NCBI GenBank assembly: GCA_030390025.1
Contig: CM059432.1
Coordinates: forward strand, 35,652,001 to 35,716,000
Origin: Squalus acanthias
Lineage: Eukaryota
Direction: 5' to 3'
DNA: 64,000 nucleotides
The notes below the pieces were generated by a model. That model was not told the DNA's origin. It did not search any database and was given only the letters and a program-made list of their open reading frames with translations. The position numbers and the translations under genes were made by a program. The stretch's first letter is position 1; each line of letters begins with the position of its first letter. Below, in pieces: positions 25,301 to 37,296 of this stretch.

Positions 25301-26335
25301 AATTAAGGCATCTAAAGTATGTCCATTAATTGATGCTTTTGTAGCTGCATGGAATAGGTTCTGAGGACAAGCAGCTGTAATTGGTGTCGTTGCACAAAGA
25401 GTGGCTGAAACTCTAGGTGTGTTTCTTCGAGAGAAAACCCGAGAGGAAGCACGATAGATTTTAGCCGGAACATCTTGATAGGCCCTTACCGGGGCAGTTC
25501 GGTAGGACTTAGCTTGATAAGCCCTCGTAGAGGCTCTTGATAGGCAAACCTTTGCAAAATGACCCTTTTTGTTGCAATGACTGCAAAACGCATTGCGAGC
25601 AGGGCAGAATTTCCGAGGGTGAAACTCATCACCACAAAAGAAGCATTTCTTAGATTGCCAAGAGGCTGCCACAGTGGGGTCATCATCCTCTTCATCAGTG
25701 AAGTCATCAGATTGATCGTCAGGGATAAAGTCCTCCCTAATAGAGTTCACCTGTGGCCTCTTAAATTGCCTGACTGTAGTTAAGGCAGCAGACCGAGGTC
25801 TGGGCACTGTATAAAGGTCTGCATTTCTTTTTGCCAGATCAAGAGAGCAAGCCATGTCATAAGCTCTCTGAAGCTCAAGTGTCTTACTTTCCAGTAGACG
25901 CTGGCGTATAAATGGGGAGGCAAGCCCGCAGATGAAAGCATCACGGATCATTTCTTCACGGTACAGCTCAGCTGAGGCCGCCTGAAAGTTACAGTCCATA
26001 CTAAGTCTGCGAAGCTCTTGGAGGAATTTATCAATGGATTCCTCCGGCCCTTGTTGGGCTGTAGCTAGTAGATGTCTGGCATAGACCTCATTCGGTGTCT
26101 TAGTATATAGTCTTTTAAGCGTCCGAATTGCCTCCTCGTAACTGCCCCATTCCTCGACATACTGAAATACATTCGGGGTGACACAGTTGATGAGTATCCG
26201 CAATTTTGAGTCATCATCAGCCTTGCAATATTCGAGAAAATTGTCAAACGTGCGATACCAGTGTTTCCACACCTTACCGGCTGCTGGGGTGTTTGGGTCC
26301 AAGTCAAGACGCGATGGTTTAAGGATGTTTTCCAT
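22385..26335 (-). CDS. Gag-Pol polyprotein, 1316 aa
   Basis: Two CX2CX4HX4C knuckles, protease LIDSGS, RT (YDLKSAYHQ, LPFG, YLDN), RNase H (ECDAS), integrase HHCC and D-D-E (SIDFKGP, HSDQG, GQVERFN); no stops or frameshifts. Confidence 0.96.
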   Translation of the reverse strand: MENILKPSRLDLDPNTPAAGKVWKHWYRTFDNFLEYCKADDDSKLRILINCVTPNVFQYVEEWGSYEEAIRTLKRLYTKTPNEVYARHLLATAQQGPEESIDKFLQELRRLSMDCNFQAASAELYREEMIRDAFICGLASPFIRQRLLESKTLELQRAYDMACSLDLAKRNADLYTVPRPRSAALTTVRQFKRPQVNSIREDFIPDDQSDDFTDEEDDDPTVAASWQSKKCFFCGDEFHPRKFCPARNAFCSHCNKKGHFAKVCLSRASTRAYQAKSYRTAPVRAYQDVPAKIYRASSRVFSRRNTPRVSATLCATTPITAACPQNLFHAATKASINGHTLDALIDSGSTDSFIREQIVAELKLHVFPSDQAIAMAQSSLNTRISGFCMVEITLNGHRYPSTRLSVLKDLCSDLILGLDFQKQHKKLTIEFGGSKPELTISNIRPRLPFCALSAASLDEPSLFTSIPPRCKPIITQSRRFSQEDQSFIAAEISRLLAEDIIEPCSSPWRAQVVIVKNPLQPHKKRLCIDYSQTINQYTDLDAYPLPRIDDMVNKLAEYTVFSTYDLKSAYHQVPLKVSDKQYTAFEANGRLYQFRRLPFGVTNGVAVFQRAMDDLVKQEDLKDTFPYLDNITVAGRNQREHDANLQRFWDALQHRNLTLNAAKSIESQPTINILGYCVGNGIIKPDPERLRPLQELPPPKNPASLRRALGLFAYYAKWIPNFSDRIQPLLKASTFPLDTAAVAAFNLLKKQLEKAALHSIDESLPFVVECDASEVAISATLNQEGRPVAFLSRTFQGAELHYPPVEKEATAIIEAVRKWTHLLARQHFTLITDQRSVAFMLDNRKRTKIKNNKIQLWRLELASFGYTIHYRPGKENVAPDTLTRAFCSAMAPSTLVDIHDGLCHPGVTRMLHFVRSRNLPFSTGDVKKMCSDCRVCAELKPQFFRPSGGILIHATQPMQRLSIDFKGPLPSSTRNTYLLTMVDEYSRFPFAFPCPNMLTTTVISCLEQVFAFCGMASYVHSDQGPSFMSGELKAYLSERGIAASRTTPYHPVGNGQVERFNAIIWNAVRLALRSRGLPNQQWEAVLPDALHSTRSLLSTATNTTPHERFFRFQRRSSYGISLPSWLTAPGPVLLRRYVRASKNDPLVDEVELTDVNPTYAYIRYPDGRESTVSLRDLAPCPPKHRGTPGDDIVPGTSLGSPGASHHDLDLTPAGTSLQRADLGQTDYEPVGARTRSHDPPRTVRSETDLPQPCPTPVRAPVHSQDRPDPSQSGLDHSDSGPRPAVGKRARGPLPLREPKRVRLSLVQRLRNGGRMW

Positions 26336-26413
26336 GATGGGTGATTCCCTGGATCCTTAGTTCCGAGTTCGTCCAAAAAGTTTGAGTGCGAAGTTTTTCA
26401 AAGTTGATTAAAT

Positions 26414-26607
26414 TGTCGTAAGAATGAGCCTTACACGTGGTGAACTTAAAGTAAGCTTTAATCAACTAAAAAGGTGCTACATACAAAAGAGGTCTTACTC
26501 TATGCCTCTCCAGGATCCAACTAATCAGCCCAGTATTTATCCTGGACTAATCACAGGAAGTGATGCAATAAAGTTCGAGTCACAGGAAGCTGTATTGTGT
26601 TACCACA
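26414..26607 (-). repeat. 5' LTR
   Basis: TGTGGTAAC...TTACGACA in element sense; TATA-like GATAAATA and ATTAAA inside. Confidence 0.96.
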
Positions 26608-26691
26608 GGGAATGATCAGATGTGCCGCAGATGACTATAAGTGGGGCCTTCGTGACTGCTCCCTTTGGGGTTGGAGTTAGAAGATGTAGGC

Positions 26692-26885
26692 TGTGGTAAC
26701 ACAATACAGCTTCCTGTGACTCGAACTTTATTGCATCACTTCCTGTGATTAGTCCAGGATAAATACTGGACTGATCAGTTGGATCCTGGAGAGGCATAGA
26801 GTAAGACCTCTTTTGTATGTAGCACCTTTTTAGTTGATTAAAGCTTACTTTAAGTTCACCACACGTAAGGCTCATTCTTACGACA
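26692..26885 (+). mobile_element. Solo LTR of the same Gypsy family, opposite orientation
   Basis: 194 bp, 4 substitutions versus the paired LTRs, own TAGGC TSD (26687-26691, 26886-26890). Confidence 0.95.
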
Positions 26886-27203
26886 TAGGCCACGTACTGG
26901 GCTACACCCATTGGCAAGGGCTTACTGGTTCCCTAATGGACATGCACAATGTCATTTACTCAGCTATTAAATGGTTACAACACATAGACTGACACGCTTG
27001 ACATGACAATCTATGTAAATGCAATGTTTTTGGAGCGGGAAGCATATGGTGAGAAGCCAGCTAGTTGTGATTGAAATTTATGAGAAAGGGATGGGCTTGT
27101 TGCGCTTAATGGTCTGCTCATGTTGCTAAAAATGACCTTGTGATTATGGAAGAAGACCCTTAAGACTCACTCTCTGTTTGTTTCCCCTCCCCTCCACCGC
27201 TAG

Positions 27204-27361
27204 GAGTTAATGCTGGAGCCGTTCATGAAGCGTGTGCGGTACGAGAATGCTCGATACAGCAACATCCTCAAACAGATTAACAGTCACCACAGCGCTGTAC
27301 TCCGGCAGTGGAGATCGTTAAGGCGTCTCTTGACCTGCCCACGTGGGGCCTGGGCAGAACG
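27204..27361 (+). CDS. NBEAL2: NBEAL2 exon 7 (ELMLEPFMKR...QWRSLRRLLTCPRGAWAER)
   Basis: pyrimidine tract + ctAG / GTAGGT, phase 0-2; not in the ORF track, translated by hand. Confidence 0.88.
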
Positions 27362-27654
27362 GTAGGTGGCATTTTAAAAAATGAGAATTCAGAATTGAGT
27401 TTGGAGGAGCCTGGACATTCGTAAACAAGTTGGATTTTTCCAACAATCCAACAGCTTCATGGTCACTTTTACTGATACCAGCTTTTTATTTCCAATTTTT
27501 TTTTTAAACTGAATTCAAATTTTCAAACTCACATTCTATTCGTCCAGGCCCCTGGATTACTGGTCCACTAACATAATCACTACGATACTGGCTAGGTGTT
27601 CTAGTGGGTTGGACATTGGCCTTTCCAGCCCTAACTAACAATGAAAGCCTCCTG

Positions 27655-27992
27655 TGTTTGCCAGTTATTACGGATCCTATTTCAAATGTGTTTTGGCAAT
27701 CTGAACTCGGATTCCAGTGGGCATGGACTCCAGTACAATGCCGATAATTCAGCACTAACTGGCACTAAATTGGCAATCTCGGTCAGGGAATCGCTGGTGT
27801 GAGAAATGGAAAATTGTTACACTGATACAGGAGGAGTTTGGGGCTGACGCACATTATTGGTGCAGTGTGGAGAAAGCTTTATTTTGATTGCAATCGTTGT
27901 GTAAGTGACCTGGGAGTGCTTGATGTTGGCGCTAGGTGTCCACAATGGGAAAGTGTTCCATTCTCTAGCAGTAACATCCTTGACGAGCATTC
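27655..27992 (+). mobile_element. LF-SINE-like ancient element
   Basis: Blocks GCACTAACTGGCACT, TTGGCAATCTC, GCACATT..GCAGTGTGGAGAAAGCTT, CCTTGACGAGCA resemble the LF-SINE consensus as remembered; not database-checked. Confidence 0.5.
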
Positions 27993-28034
27993 TTGGTTAA
28001 TCTTAACTCTGAAATCACAGCAGTACTTCAGAGA

Positions 28035-28415
28035 AAGAACTTGAATTTATCTTGTGTCTTTCATAGCCTCAGGACGTCCCAAAGTGGTTCACAGCCAATG
28101 AAGTTCTTCTGAAATTACTGTTGTAATGTAGGAAACGCAGCAGTTAATTTGCGTATAGCAAGGTCCCACGAAATGAGATACATGACCAAAATTTTCTTTT
28201 AAGTGTTGGTCGAGGGATAAATATTGGCCAGGACACTGGTAGAACCCTGCTCATCTTTGAATAATGCCCTGAGATCTTTTATGTCCACCTGAGAGGACAG
28301 ACAGGGCCTCAGTTTAACATGTCATCCAAAGACAGCACCTCTGACAGTGCAGCACTCCCTCAGTGCTGCACTGGAGTGTCGGCCTGGATCATGTGCTCAA
28401 GTCTCTAGGGTGGGT
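28035..28415 (-). mobile_element. Deu-domain SINE
   Basis: Homologous to 9985-10426. Confidence 0.75.
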
Positions 28416-28609
28416 TTCAACTCTCCTCAAGAGTGAGTAACTTCTATACCCCAAAATTGCAAGACTTCACTGTGACAGGGAGTATCAATCGATGGGAACA
28501 CAGGTTGGAAAATTTGGCTTTGAGCGTGTCCAACTCGTGCCATTCCTGATTTTTCCTGCTATTTATTTCAGGACTATATGTACACAGGTGACTCCTAACA
28601 CACAACTAA

Positions 28610-28807
<198 letters not shown>

Positions 28808-29462
28808 TAGTGCCTTTCAAGACCTCAGGATGTCCCAAATCACTTGACAGCCAATGAAGTACTTTTGAAGTGTAGTCACTGTTGTAATGTAGGAAACGCA
28901 GCAGCCAATTTTACTTAGCTTCAGTTTAAGCTTATTCAGGTCACAGACTTGTTCTAGCTGTAGATCCTCATCACTCCACTCTGTCATCCTCTCCACGCTA
29001 GTCCTCCAGACTATCCACAGAAGCAAAGAGGAGAGAATCACCAAGACAATTAAGCTGTTAGATTGTCGTAAAAGTGCAACTGGTTCACTAATTCTTTTAG
29101 GAAAGGAAATCTGCCATGTTTACCCGGTCTCATCTATATGTGACTCCGATTTAACACCAATGTGACTCCATATTGCCCTCTGAAGTGGTCTAGCAAGATC
29201 CTCAGTATATCAAACCGCTACAAAGATGTCTAATGGCATTGTGGGAGCACCTTCACCATGTGCACTGGAACGGTTCAAGTAGAAGGCCCGCCACTTTATC
29301 GAGGGCAATTGGGGATGGGTAATAAATATGAGTTATGCCAGAAATGCCCACATCCTGAGAATTAATAAAAAAAAGACATTTTGTGTTTTATCGGATGCAT
29401 GTGTCAAGCACACAGCAGCGGAGTGGATCCCAAACTGACTGATTCTTTTTGGTTCTCCGCAG

Positions 29463-29583
29463 GTACTGATCATGTGAGAAGTCAACCGGACTCTCTACCG
29501 CTGGCAGTGGCAAAGGAAGCGAAAGTGAGCGAGTTGGAAGATGATCAGCTTGGAGACGAAGACCTCGTTTTCCTTAATAACCA
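29463..29583 (+). CDS. NBEAL2: NBEAL2 exon 9 (SLPLAVAKEAKVSELEDDQL...)
   Basis: cgcAG / GTAAGT, phase 1-2. Confidence 0.88.
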
Positions 29584-30032
29584 GTAAGTGTTTGGTCAAT
29601 GAAACAGCCAGTGTTTAAAGGGGCCTCAACGACAGTGCCAGATACTAATCTAGAGTCTGCCCTACGATGATACCCAACCACAACAAGCCACTGTATTAAC
29701 AGGTTTACCAAAGTTTAAAATAGTCAGCAGATGTTCTTGGTGGCTTTTGAATTCTTATTATTTAATTTGGACTGTGAGCACAGAACTAGAAGACATGACT
29801 ATAAAACTAACGGGGCTGAAGCATGACTTGAGATTGGAAAAACCTTTTTGTTTCTTGCAGAGTAGCAGATAAAACAATTGATGCTGTGTTAAATTTAAGA
29901 AACAGAACAGGCTGAATATCTGATTCAGAACAAGATCTGAGGGTCATAAGAATAAGGACAGATAGATCGAACACAGTGTGGAACTTGATGGTTCCTGAGT
30001 TGATGCATCCAATGTCATGCAAGGGATTTAAA

Positions 30033-30450
30033 AGAAAGACTGCAGTTATATAGTGCCTATTATGACCTCAGGACTTCCCAAAGTGCTTAACAGCCAGTAA
30101 GATACTTTGAAGTGTAGTCACCATTGTAATGTAGGAAACACGGCAGCCAATTTACGCACAGCAAGGACCTATAAACAGCAATGAAATAATGACCAGATAA
30201 TCTGTTTTTTAATGATGTTGGTTGAAGGATAAATATTGGCTAGGACCCCGAGGAAAACTCCCCAGCTCTTCTTCGAAATGGTGTCCTGGAATTTTTTACG
30301 TCCACATGTGAGAACAAATGGGGCCTTGGTTTGACGTTTCATCCAAAAGACGGCACCTCCAACAGTGTAGTACTTCCTCAGCACTGGATTCTGTCCAGTG
30401 GACAGAAATGTCAGCCTGGATTCTGTGCTCAAGTCTCTTGAGTGGGACTT
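30033..30450 (-). mobile_element. Deu-domain SINE
   Basis: Homologous to 9985-10426. Confidence 0.75.
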
Positions 30451-31934
30451 TGTAAAGTATGTATGATATAGGGTGTGAGGTTGGATAGATATTCTGGAGA
30501 TTTGCTTGATCGAAATTCTAAGTAAAGGAAGGATTCGACCGGACGTTCCTGGTTCAATTCCTCCATCAACAAAATCTCCCACACAACTAATGTCCTTGAG
30601 CAAAGCACTCACCATAAGTGGACTCCAATCTATCAGCCTCTAAGTGGGCATGAGCATTGCTAGAAAGTCAACAGGAGTGAGGCAAGAATGACAAACCGCT
30701 CCATCACAAGGTTTACACGCTCTTGACCACAGGCCAGGAAAGAGGGATGGCCAGTTCCCCATGCTGGCCTTTGATCAAGGAGTGGCTGTTTTAAACTCTT
30801 GACCCTGTGTGTGGGGGGGTGGGGGGGAGGAAAGGGGGGCTTAAGGAGAACTTTTGCAAAATTTTCCCTCGCGATTAAGAGTGTTAGATTGGGTAGGTTT
30901 GTATGAAGGTGGTCATTCATAGGCCGACAGGACTTCAGCTTAACCTCTCACCTGAAACAGTTTGGGTTAGGAAAGATGGCACTCAATCAGGGGACAGAAC
31001 ATTTCTGATGTTCTTTTCTTGTTTTATACTTTCTTTATATGATTTTGTAAAGGTTGTAATAATAGACTAATGCTGCATTCCTTGTCTATGTACTAGTAAT
31101 CAGAGTCAAACACTTACACGTTTGTTAAGGGTTATATGAACATACATACTCACACCACGGCAGTTTGAGAATTTGAATTCCGTTTAAAAATCTGCAATTA
31201 AAAAGCTGGTAACATAAGAGTGACTATGAAGCTGTTAGATAGTCGTAAAATCCCAACTAGTTCATTATTGTTCTTTAGGGAAGGAAACCTGCCATTCCTA
31301 CTCTGTCTGGCCTATAGGTGACTTCAAGTTGACTCCTAACTACATCTGATGTGGCCTAGCAAACTACTTCACACCACCACTTTCTCAGGGCAATTAGGGA
31401 TGGCCAGTAAATCCTGGCCTTGCCAGCGATGCTCACGTCTTGAGAATGAATTTTTTTAAAAAGAAAGCACCCCAGAACACAAGGCGATGCTTAGCTGTAG
31501 AAGATCAAGTGTTAACAGTGGTTGAGCTCAATTTTCTAGATTCTTCCTTCTGCTTCATCTTCTAACCTCACATTACAATTTCACCGTTTCTATTTCTTTC
31601 TAACTATATTACTTCACATGATCTTGATGCACTTTACACCTGTTCTCTCCAGTCTTCATCAAGAAGTTCCAGGCTCTTTAAGCATCTATCACCCAAGGCT
31701 TTCGTTCTGACATCCACGCACCAGAAGGCCAGCAGAAACTACTGGTGTTTAGGGTTAGCGAGGTATAGAATGCACCATCGTGTTTCAACGACAGATTAAG
31801 TTATTTTCTAGGCGTGCAAAAACAGTGATAGAGTCCAGATCTAAATACAATTGATGTATAACCCGACCTCGACATCAGGCTGCTTGTGACCTATGTGAAG
31901 TTCTGCAGGTGTTTAACTTTAGGGTTTAGTATAA

Positions 31935-32207
<273 letters not shown>

Positions 32208-32334
32208 TAGCGAATTGTCCTGTGTGTCACTCCCAGTCCAGAGACTTAAACACATAATCCAGCCTGGCACTTCAGTGCAGTACTGAGGGAGTGCTGCACC
32301 TGAACCAAGCTTCAAGAAGGAGGCAGGTTGACAC

Positions 32335-33522
32335 AGGAACAGGAATCGCCCTTGAGCCTGTTCCGCCATTCAGTTAGATCATGGCTGATCTGTACCTCAA
32401 CCCCATTTATCTGCCTTTGATCTATATATTTAAAACAGAAATAGATAGTTTCCTAGAGGTAAAGGGAATTAGGGGTTACGGGGAGCGGGCAGGAAATTGG
32501 ACATGAGGCTGAGTTCGGATCGGTCAGGGCCCTGTGGGTGGCGGAGCGGGCCCAGGGGCTGAGTGGCCGGGTCCTGCTCCTACTTCTTGTGTTCTTTAGA
32601 TTTGAGGTTAGGATCAGATCAGCCATGATCTTATTGAATGGCGGAGCAGGCTCGAGGGGCCGATTCTCCTGCTCCTATTTCTTATGTTCTTATGTTCTTA
32701 TATCTCTTGATACCCTTTATCTATTCATGGCAGTCTTGAAAATTTCAATTGACCCAGCATTCACAGCCGTTTGGGGAGAGAATTCCAGATTTCCACTACC
32801 GTTTGTGTGGAAAAAGTGCTTCCTGATATCACTTCTGAGTGGTCTAGCTCTAATTTTAAGATTGTACCCCTTGTTCTGGATTCCCCCATCAGTGGAAATA
32901 GTTTCTCCATATCTACTCTATCGAATTACATTATCATTTTAAACAACTCGATTAGATAGCCCCTCAACCTTCTAAACGCAAGGGAATACAAGCCAAATTT
33001 ATGCAACCTGTCCTCATAATTTAACCTTTTTAAACTGTGGTATCATTCTGGTAAATCTGCGCTGTACACCCTCCAAGGCTTATATATCCATCCTGAGGTG
33101 CAGTGCTCAAAATTGAATACAGTACTGCCTGGGGTCTGACCAAGGCTTTGCACAGCTGGAGCATTATTTCCTCCCCTTTGTTTTCCAGCCCCCTTGAGAT
33201 AAAGGCCAACATCCCATTAACTTTTTTTGATTACTTTTTGGACCTGTGCGCACCAGGTTTTAATGATTTGGACACCCAAATCACTTTCCTCCTTCACAGT
33301 TCTTAGTCTATCACCTTTAAGAAGATATTCTAATTTGTCTTTCTTAGACCCAAAGTGGATAAACTCACACTTCCCACATTGAACACCATCTGCCACAGTT
33401 TTGCCCACGCACTTAATCTGTCTATGTCCCTTTGTGACTTCCTGCTCCCATCCACACAACGTAATGTGCCTCCCAATTTAGTGTCATCTGCAAACTTGGA
33501 TATACAACTCTCTATTCCTTCA
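32335..33522 (-). mobile_element. CR1 LINE fragment with a nested + strand CR1 3' end (about 32425-32700)
   Basis: [18 protein letters not shown] (reverse) motifs; insert nearly identical to 36288-36565. Confidence 0.8.
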
Positions 33523-33536
33523 TCAGAAACAACTGA

Positions 33537-33740
<204 letters not shown>

Positions 33741-34927
33741 TAGTATTTGCTATTTTTTAAACAGGTTCTTTATTATAATTAGGATTTGGGTTGGAACATT
33801 TTTTTAATTTAATTTTTGGAATGTGGGTGATGTTGGCAAGGCCAGCATTTATTGCCCATCATAGTTGCCCTGAGTAAATAGTGGTAGGGCTTCTTGAACC
33901 GCTGTGTGAAGTGGTTTGATTCAACTAATTGGCTTGCTAGGCCACCTCAGAGGGCAGTTAAGAGTCAACCATGTTGCTGTGGGACTGGAGTCACATATAG
34001 GCCAGACAGGGTAAGGATGGCAGGTTTCCTTCCCTAACAAACATTGGGTTTTTAACGATAATCAAACAGCCTCATGGTCACTTTTACTGATGCCAGTTTT
34101 TTTATTTCCAAATTTTTAAAGTAAGTACAATTTCTCAACCTGCCATGGTGGAATTTAAACTCCTGTTCTCTGGATTATTAGTACAGGCCTCTGGATTGAT
34201 TACTAGTCCAGTAACAGAACTACTGCACTACTGTACCCCATTAATTAGACTAGATTGTTGAGATGAAAGTCCCCTGGCACTGGGAGTCTTTGTGGGATAG
34301 AACATTTTTATCATCTCCAAATCCAGCCCAACCTGGTGTGAAAAAAATTTCAGCTGAGGATGAGAGGGATGAAGGTTCAATTTTTTTCTGCTCCCAATGT
34401 TATACCTTAACACCAACTTAAAAAAAAATCTGGACAAATAAGAAATTTCTATTTTCATTTCGTACAGTTTTTAAGATGGCCAGTTGCCCATTTTATGTCC
34501 TATAAGCAGGTCCTGAAGGGCATGATGGATCAAAAAAATGGGCAGATATCTGTCCTGCTGTCCATTTTCCATCTCTCACAAAGATTGTTAAAGAGGAAAG
34601 AAAGTGTCAGGAGTACTTTCTGTTCCAAGTATTACTCATTTTTATGGAAAAATAATGGTCTCTGCAAATTTTATTTAAAAGAAAGATCAATTTTATTACT
34701 GAGTGTATGATGTGACTTTAAGAATCACCTGGTCACATGACTGCCAGGGAATTGTCCTTCTACCTGGTTGCAGCAGGCGAGTGAGCAAATAGGATGAGAA
34801 AGGAAGACAATGAAAAGTTGGACATGATCTCTGAGCTGAGACGCGGCCTCCTGGATTCCCGTTCTCTCTCTTCTCCATATTCTCAGTGCCCTGGATTTCT
34901 TGGGTTCCCTCCTCACAAGGTGTAACG

Positions 34928-35545
34928 GAAAGAAAGAATTTGCATTTATATAGCGCCTTTCCACAATGCAAGCGCTTCACAGTCAACAAAGTTCTTATGA
35001 AATTACTGTTGTAATGTGGGGAAGGGCAGCAACCAATTTGTGCACAGCAAGGTCCCACAAACAGCAAATAGATAAATGACCAGTTAATCTGTTTTAGTGA
35101 TGTTTGTTGAGGGATAAATATTGGCCAGGACACTGGGGAGAACTCCCCATCTCTTCGAATAGTGCCGTGGAATCTTTTACATCCACCAGAGAGGGCAGAC
35201 AGGGTCTAGGTTTACTGTTCCATCAAAAAGACAGCACCTCTGACAGTGCAGCTCTCCCCCAGTACCAATGTTCCCTGTAATTTTTTTTTGGGCTGCGCGG
35301 CCCTTTTAACGGACTGCACGGCCCATTCAAAAATACACGCATGCATGGTTTTTGCATTTAAAGGCCGGTGACCCGGCTGCGCGGGTCTTCCGGAGCGCTG
35401 CGTGGCCATGCAGCTTAAAGGGAACATTGCCCAGTACTGCACTGATGTGTCAGCCTAGATTTTGTGCTAAGTCTCTGGAGTGGGATTTGAACCCACAACC
35501 TTCTGACGCAGAGGTGAGAGTACTTCAACTGAGCTAAGGCTGACC
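34928..35545 (-). mobile_element. Deu-domain SINE hosting a hAT MITE
   Basis: Complete head-to-tail homology to other copies, split at 35265. Confidence 0.78.
35266..35429. mobile_element. hAT-type MITE, 164 bp
   Basis: TIR CAATGTTCCCT(G/T)TAA; 8-bp TSD CCCAGTAC (35258-35265, 35430-35437). Confidence 0.88.
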
Positions 35546-35859
35546 AAGAGGGTGGACATTGAGTGCACCTCCTCCAAAGTAGTATCTCTCCCTCTTGTTA
35601 TGTGCAGTCTTCTCCTGGGTTTGAATAACAGACATTGGCAGGGAGACGTCAAGGATTGCCCAAGTATCAGCCTGCTCCCCATAATAGATGTGATTCCAAG
35701 AACAAGCATCAAGCAGCTTGGACGATGTGTTGGAGAGAAATGAGTTCTTAGTTGCAGTGTGTGAACACAGAAGTGTCAGCCATCCGTGTGAACACTGTGT
35801 GAGATTATTGACAGTTTAGTACTGAATTAAGAAAGAATTACTTTTATATAGTGCCTTTC

Positions 35860-36568
35860 ATTGCTGCAGTTATATAAGGTATTGGTGAGACCGCATCTGG
35901 AATACTGCATACAGTTTTGGTGTCCATACTTAAGAAAAGACATACTTGCTCTCGAGGCAGTACAAAGAAGGTTCACTCGGTTAATCCCCGGGATGAGGGG
36001 GTGGACATACGAGGAGAGGTTGAGTAGATTGGGACTCTACTCATTGGAGTTCAGAAGAATGAGAGGCGATCTTATTGAAACATATAAGATTGTGAAGGGG
36101 CTTGATCGGGTGGATGCGGTAAGGATGTTCCGAAGGATGGGTGAAACTAGAACTAGGGGGCATAATCTTAGAATAAGGGGCTGCTCTTTCAAAACTGAGA
36201 TGAGGAGAAACTTCTTCACTCAGAGGGTAGTAGGTCTGTGAAATTTGCTGCCCCAGGAAGCTGTGGAAGCTACATCATTAAATAAATTTAAAACAGAAAT
36301 AGAGAGTTTCCTAGAAGTAAAGGGAATTAGGGGTTACGGGGAGCGGGCAGGAAATTGGACATGAGGCTGAGTTCGGATCGGTCGAGGCCCTGTGGGTGGC
36401 GTAGCGGGCCCAGGGGCTGAGTGGCCGGGTCCTGCTCCTACTTCTTGTGTTCTTTAGATTTGAGGTGAGGATCAGATCAGCCATGATCTTATTGAATGGC
36501 GGAGCAGGCTCGAAGGGCCGATTGGCCTACTCCTGCTCCTATTTCTTATGTTCTTATGTTCTTATGTT
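35860..36568 (+). mobile_element. Young CR1 LINE 3' fragment
   Basis: ORF LVRPHLEYC...[19 protein letters not shown]; (TTCTTATG)n tail. Confidence 0.9.
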
Positions 36569-37041
36569 CACAGTCTCAGAATGTGCCTACACGGTTTACA
36601 GCCAATTAATTACTTTTTGAAGTGTAGTCACTGTTACAATGTCGGACTACAGCGACACTGTTTCAGCCACATGCACTAATTTTAGTAGAAAACGCCTTAC
36701 ACACATTACAGGTAAATGTACTTCACGCGTACATTTACTTAACAAACATCTGCCACCATTCAGTAACCAAGGAAGTAAAGCACTTGCAACGATCAAAACA
36801 CATTCGCACACTTTCCTTTTCATTTTACCATATTACCAACAAACACACAAAAAGGCTAAAGTTCACGTGCGCATGCTGTGCAAATATGAGTATTGAGATC
36901 ACATGCCCAACGAGGGTTTGTACGTCTAAGTGTTGTTGCCAGCCGCACTGTGATATCCTGATCGAGTTTTGAGAGGCTGACCGGTCGCCGTTTGCTAAGA
37001 TGGGATTTTCTACAGGTACAATGAAGAGACGCTCTAACTGA

Positions 37042-37296
<255 letters not shown>

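Larger units (their letters stand above)
22128..26607 (-). mobile_element. Full-length Gypsy/Ty3 (Mag-like) LTR retrotransposon
   Basis: Identical TG...CA 194-bp LTRs, GGGAA TSD (22123-22127, 26608-26612), PPT, single gag-pol ORF in PR-RT-RH-IN order. Confidence 0.97.
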
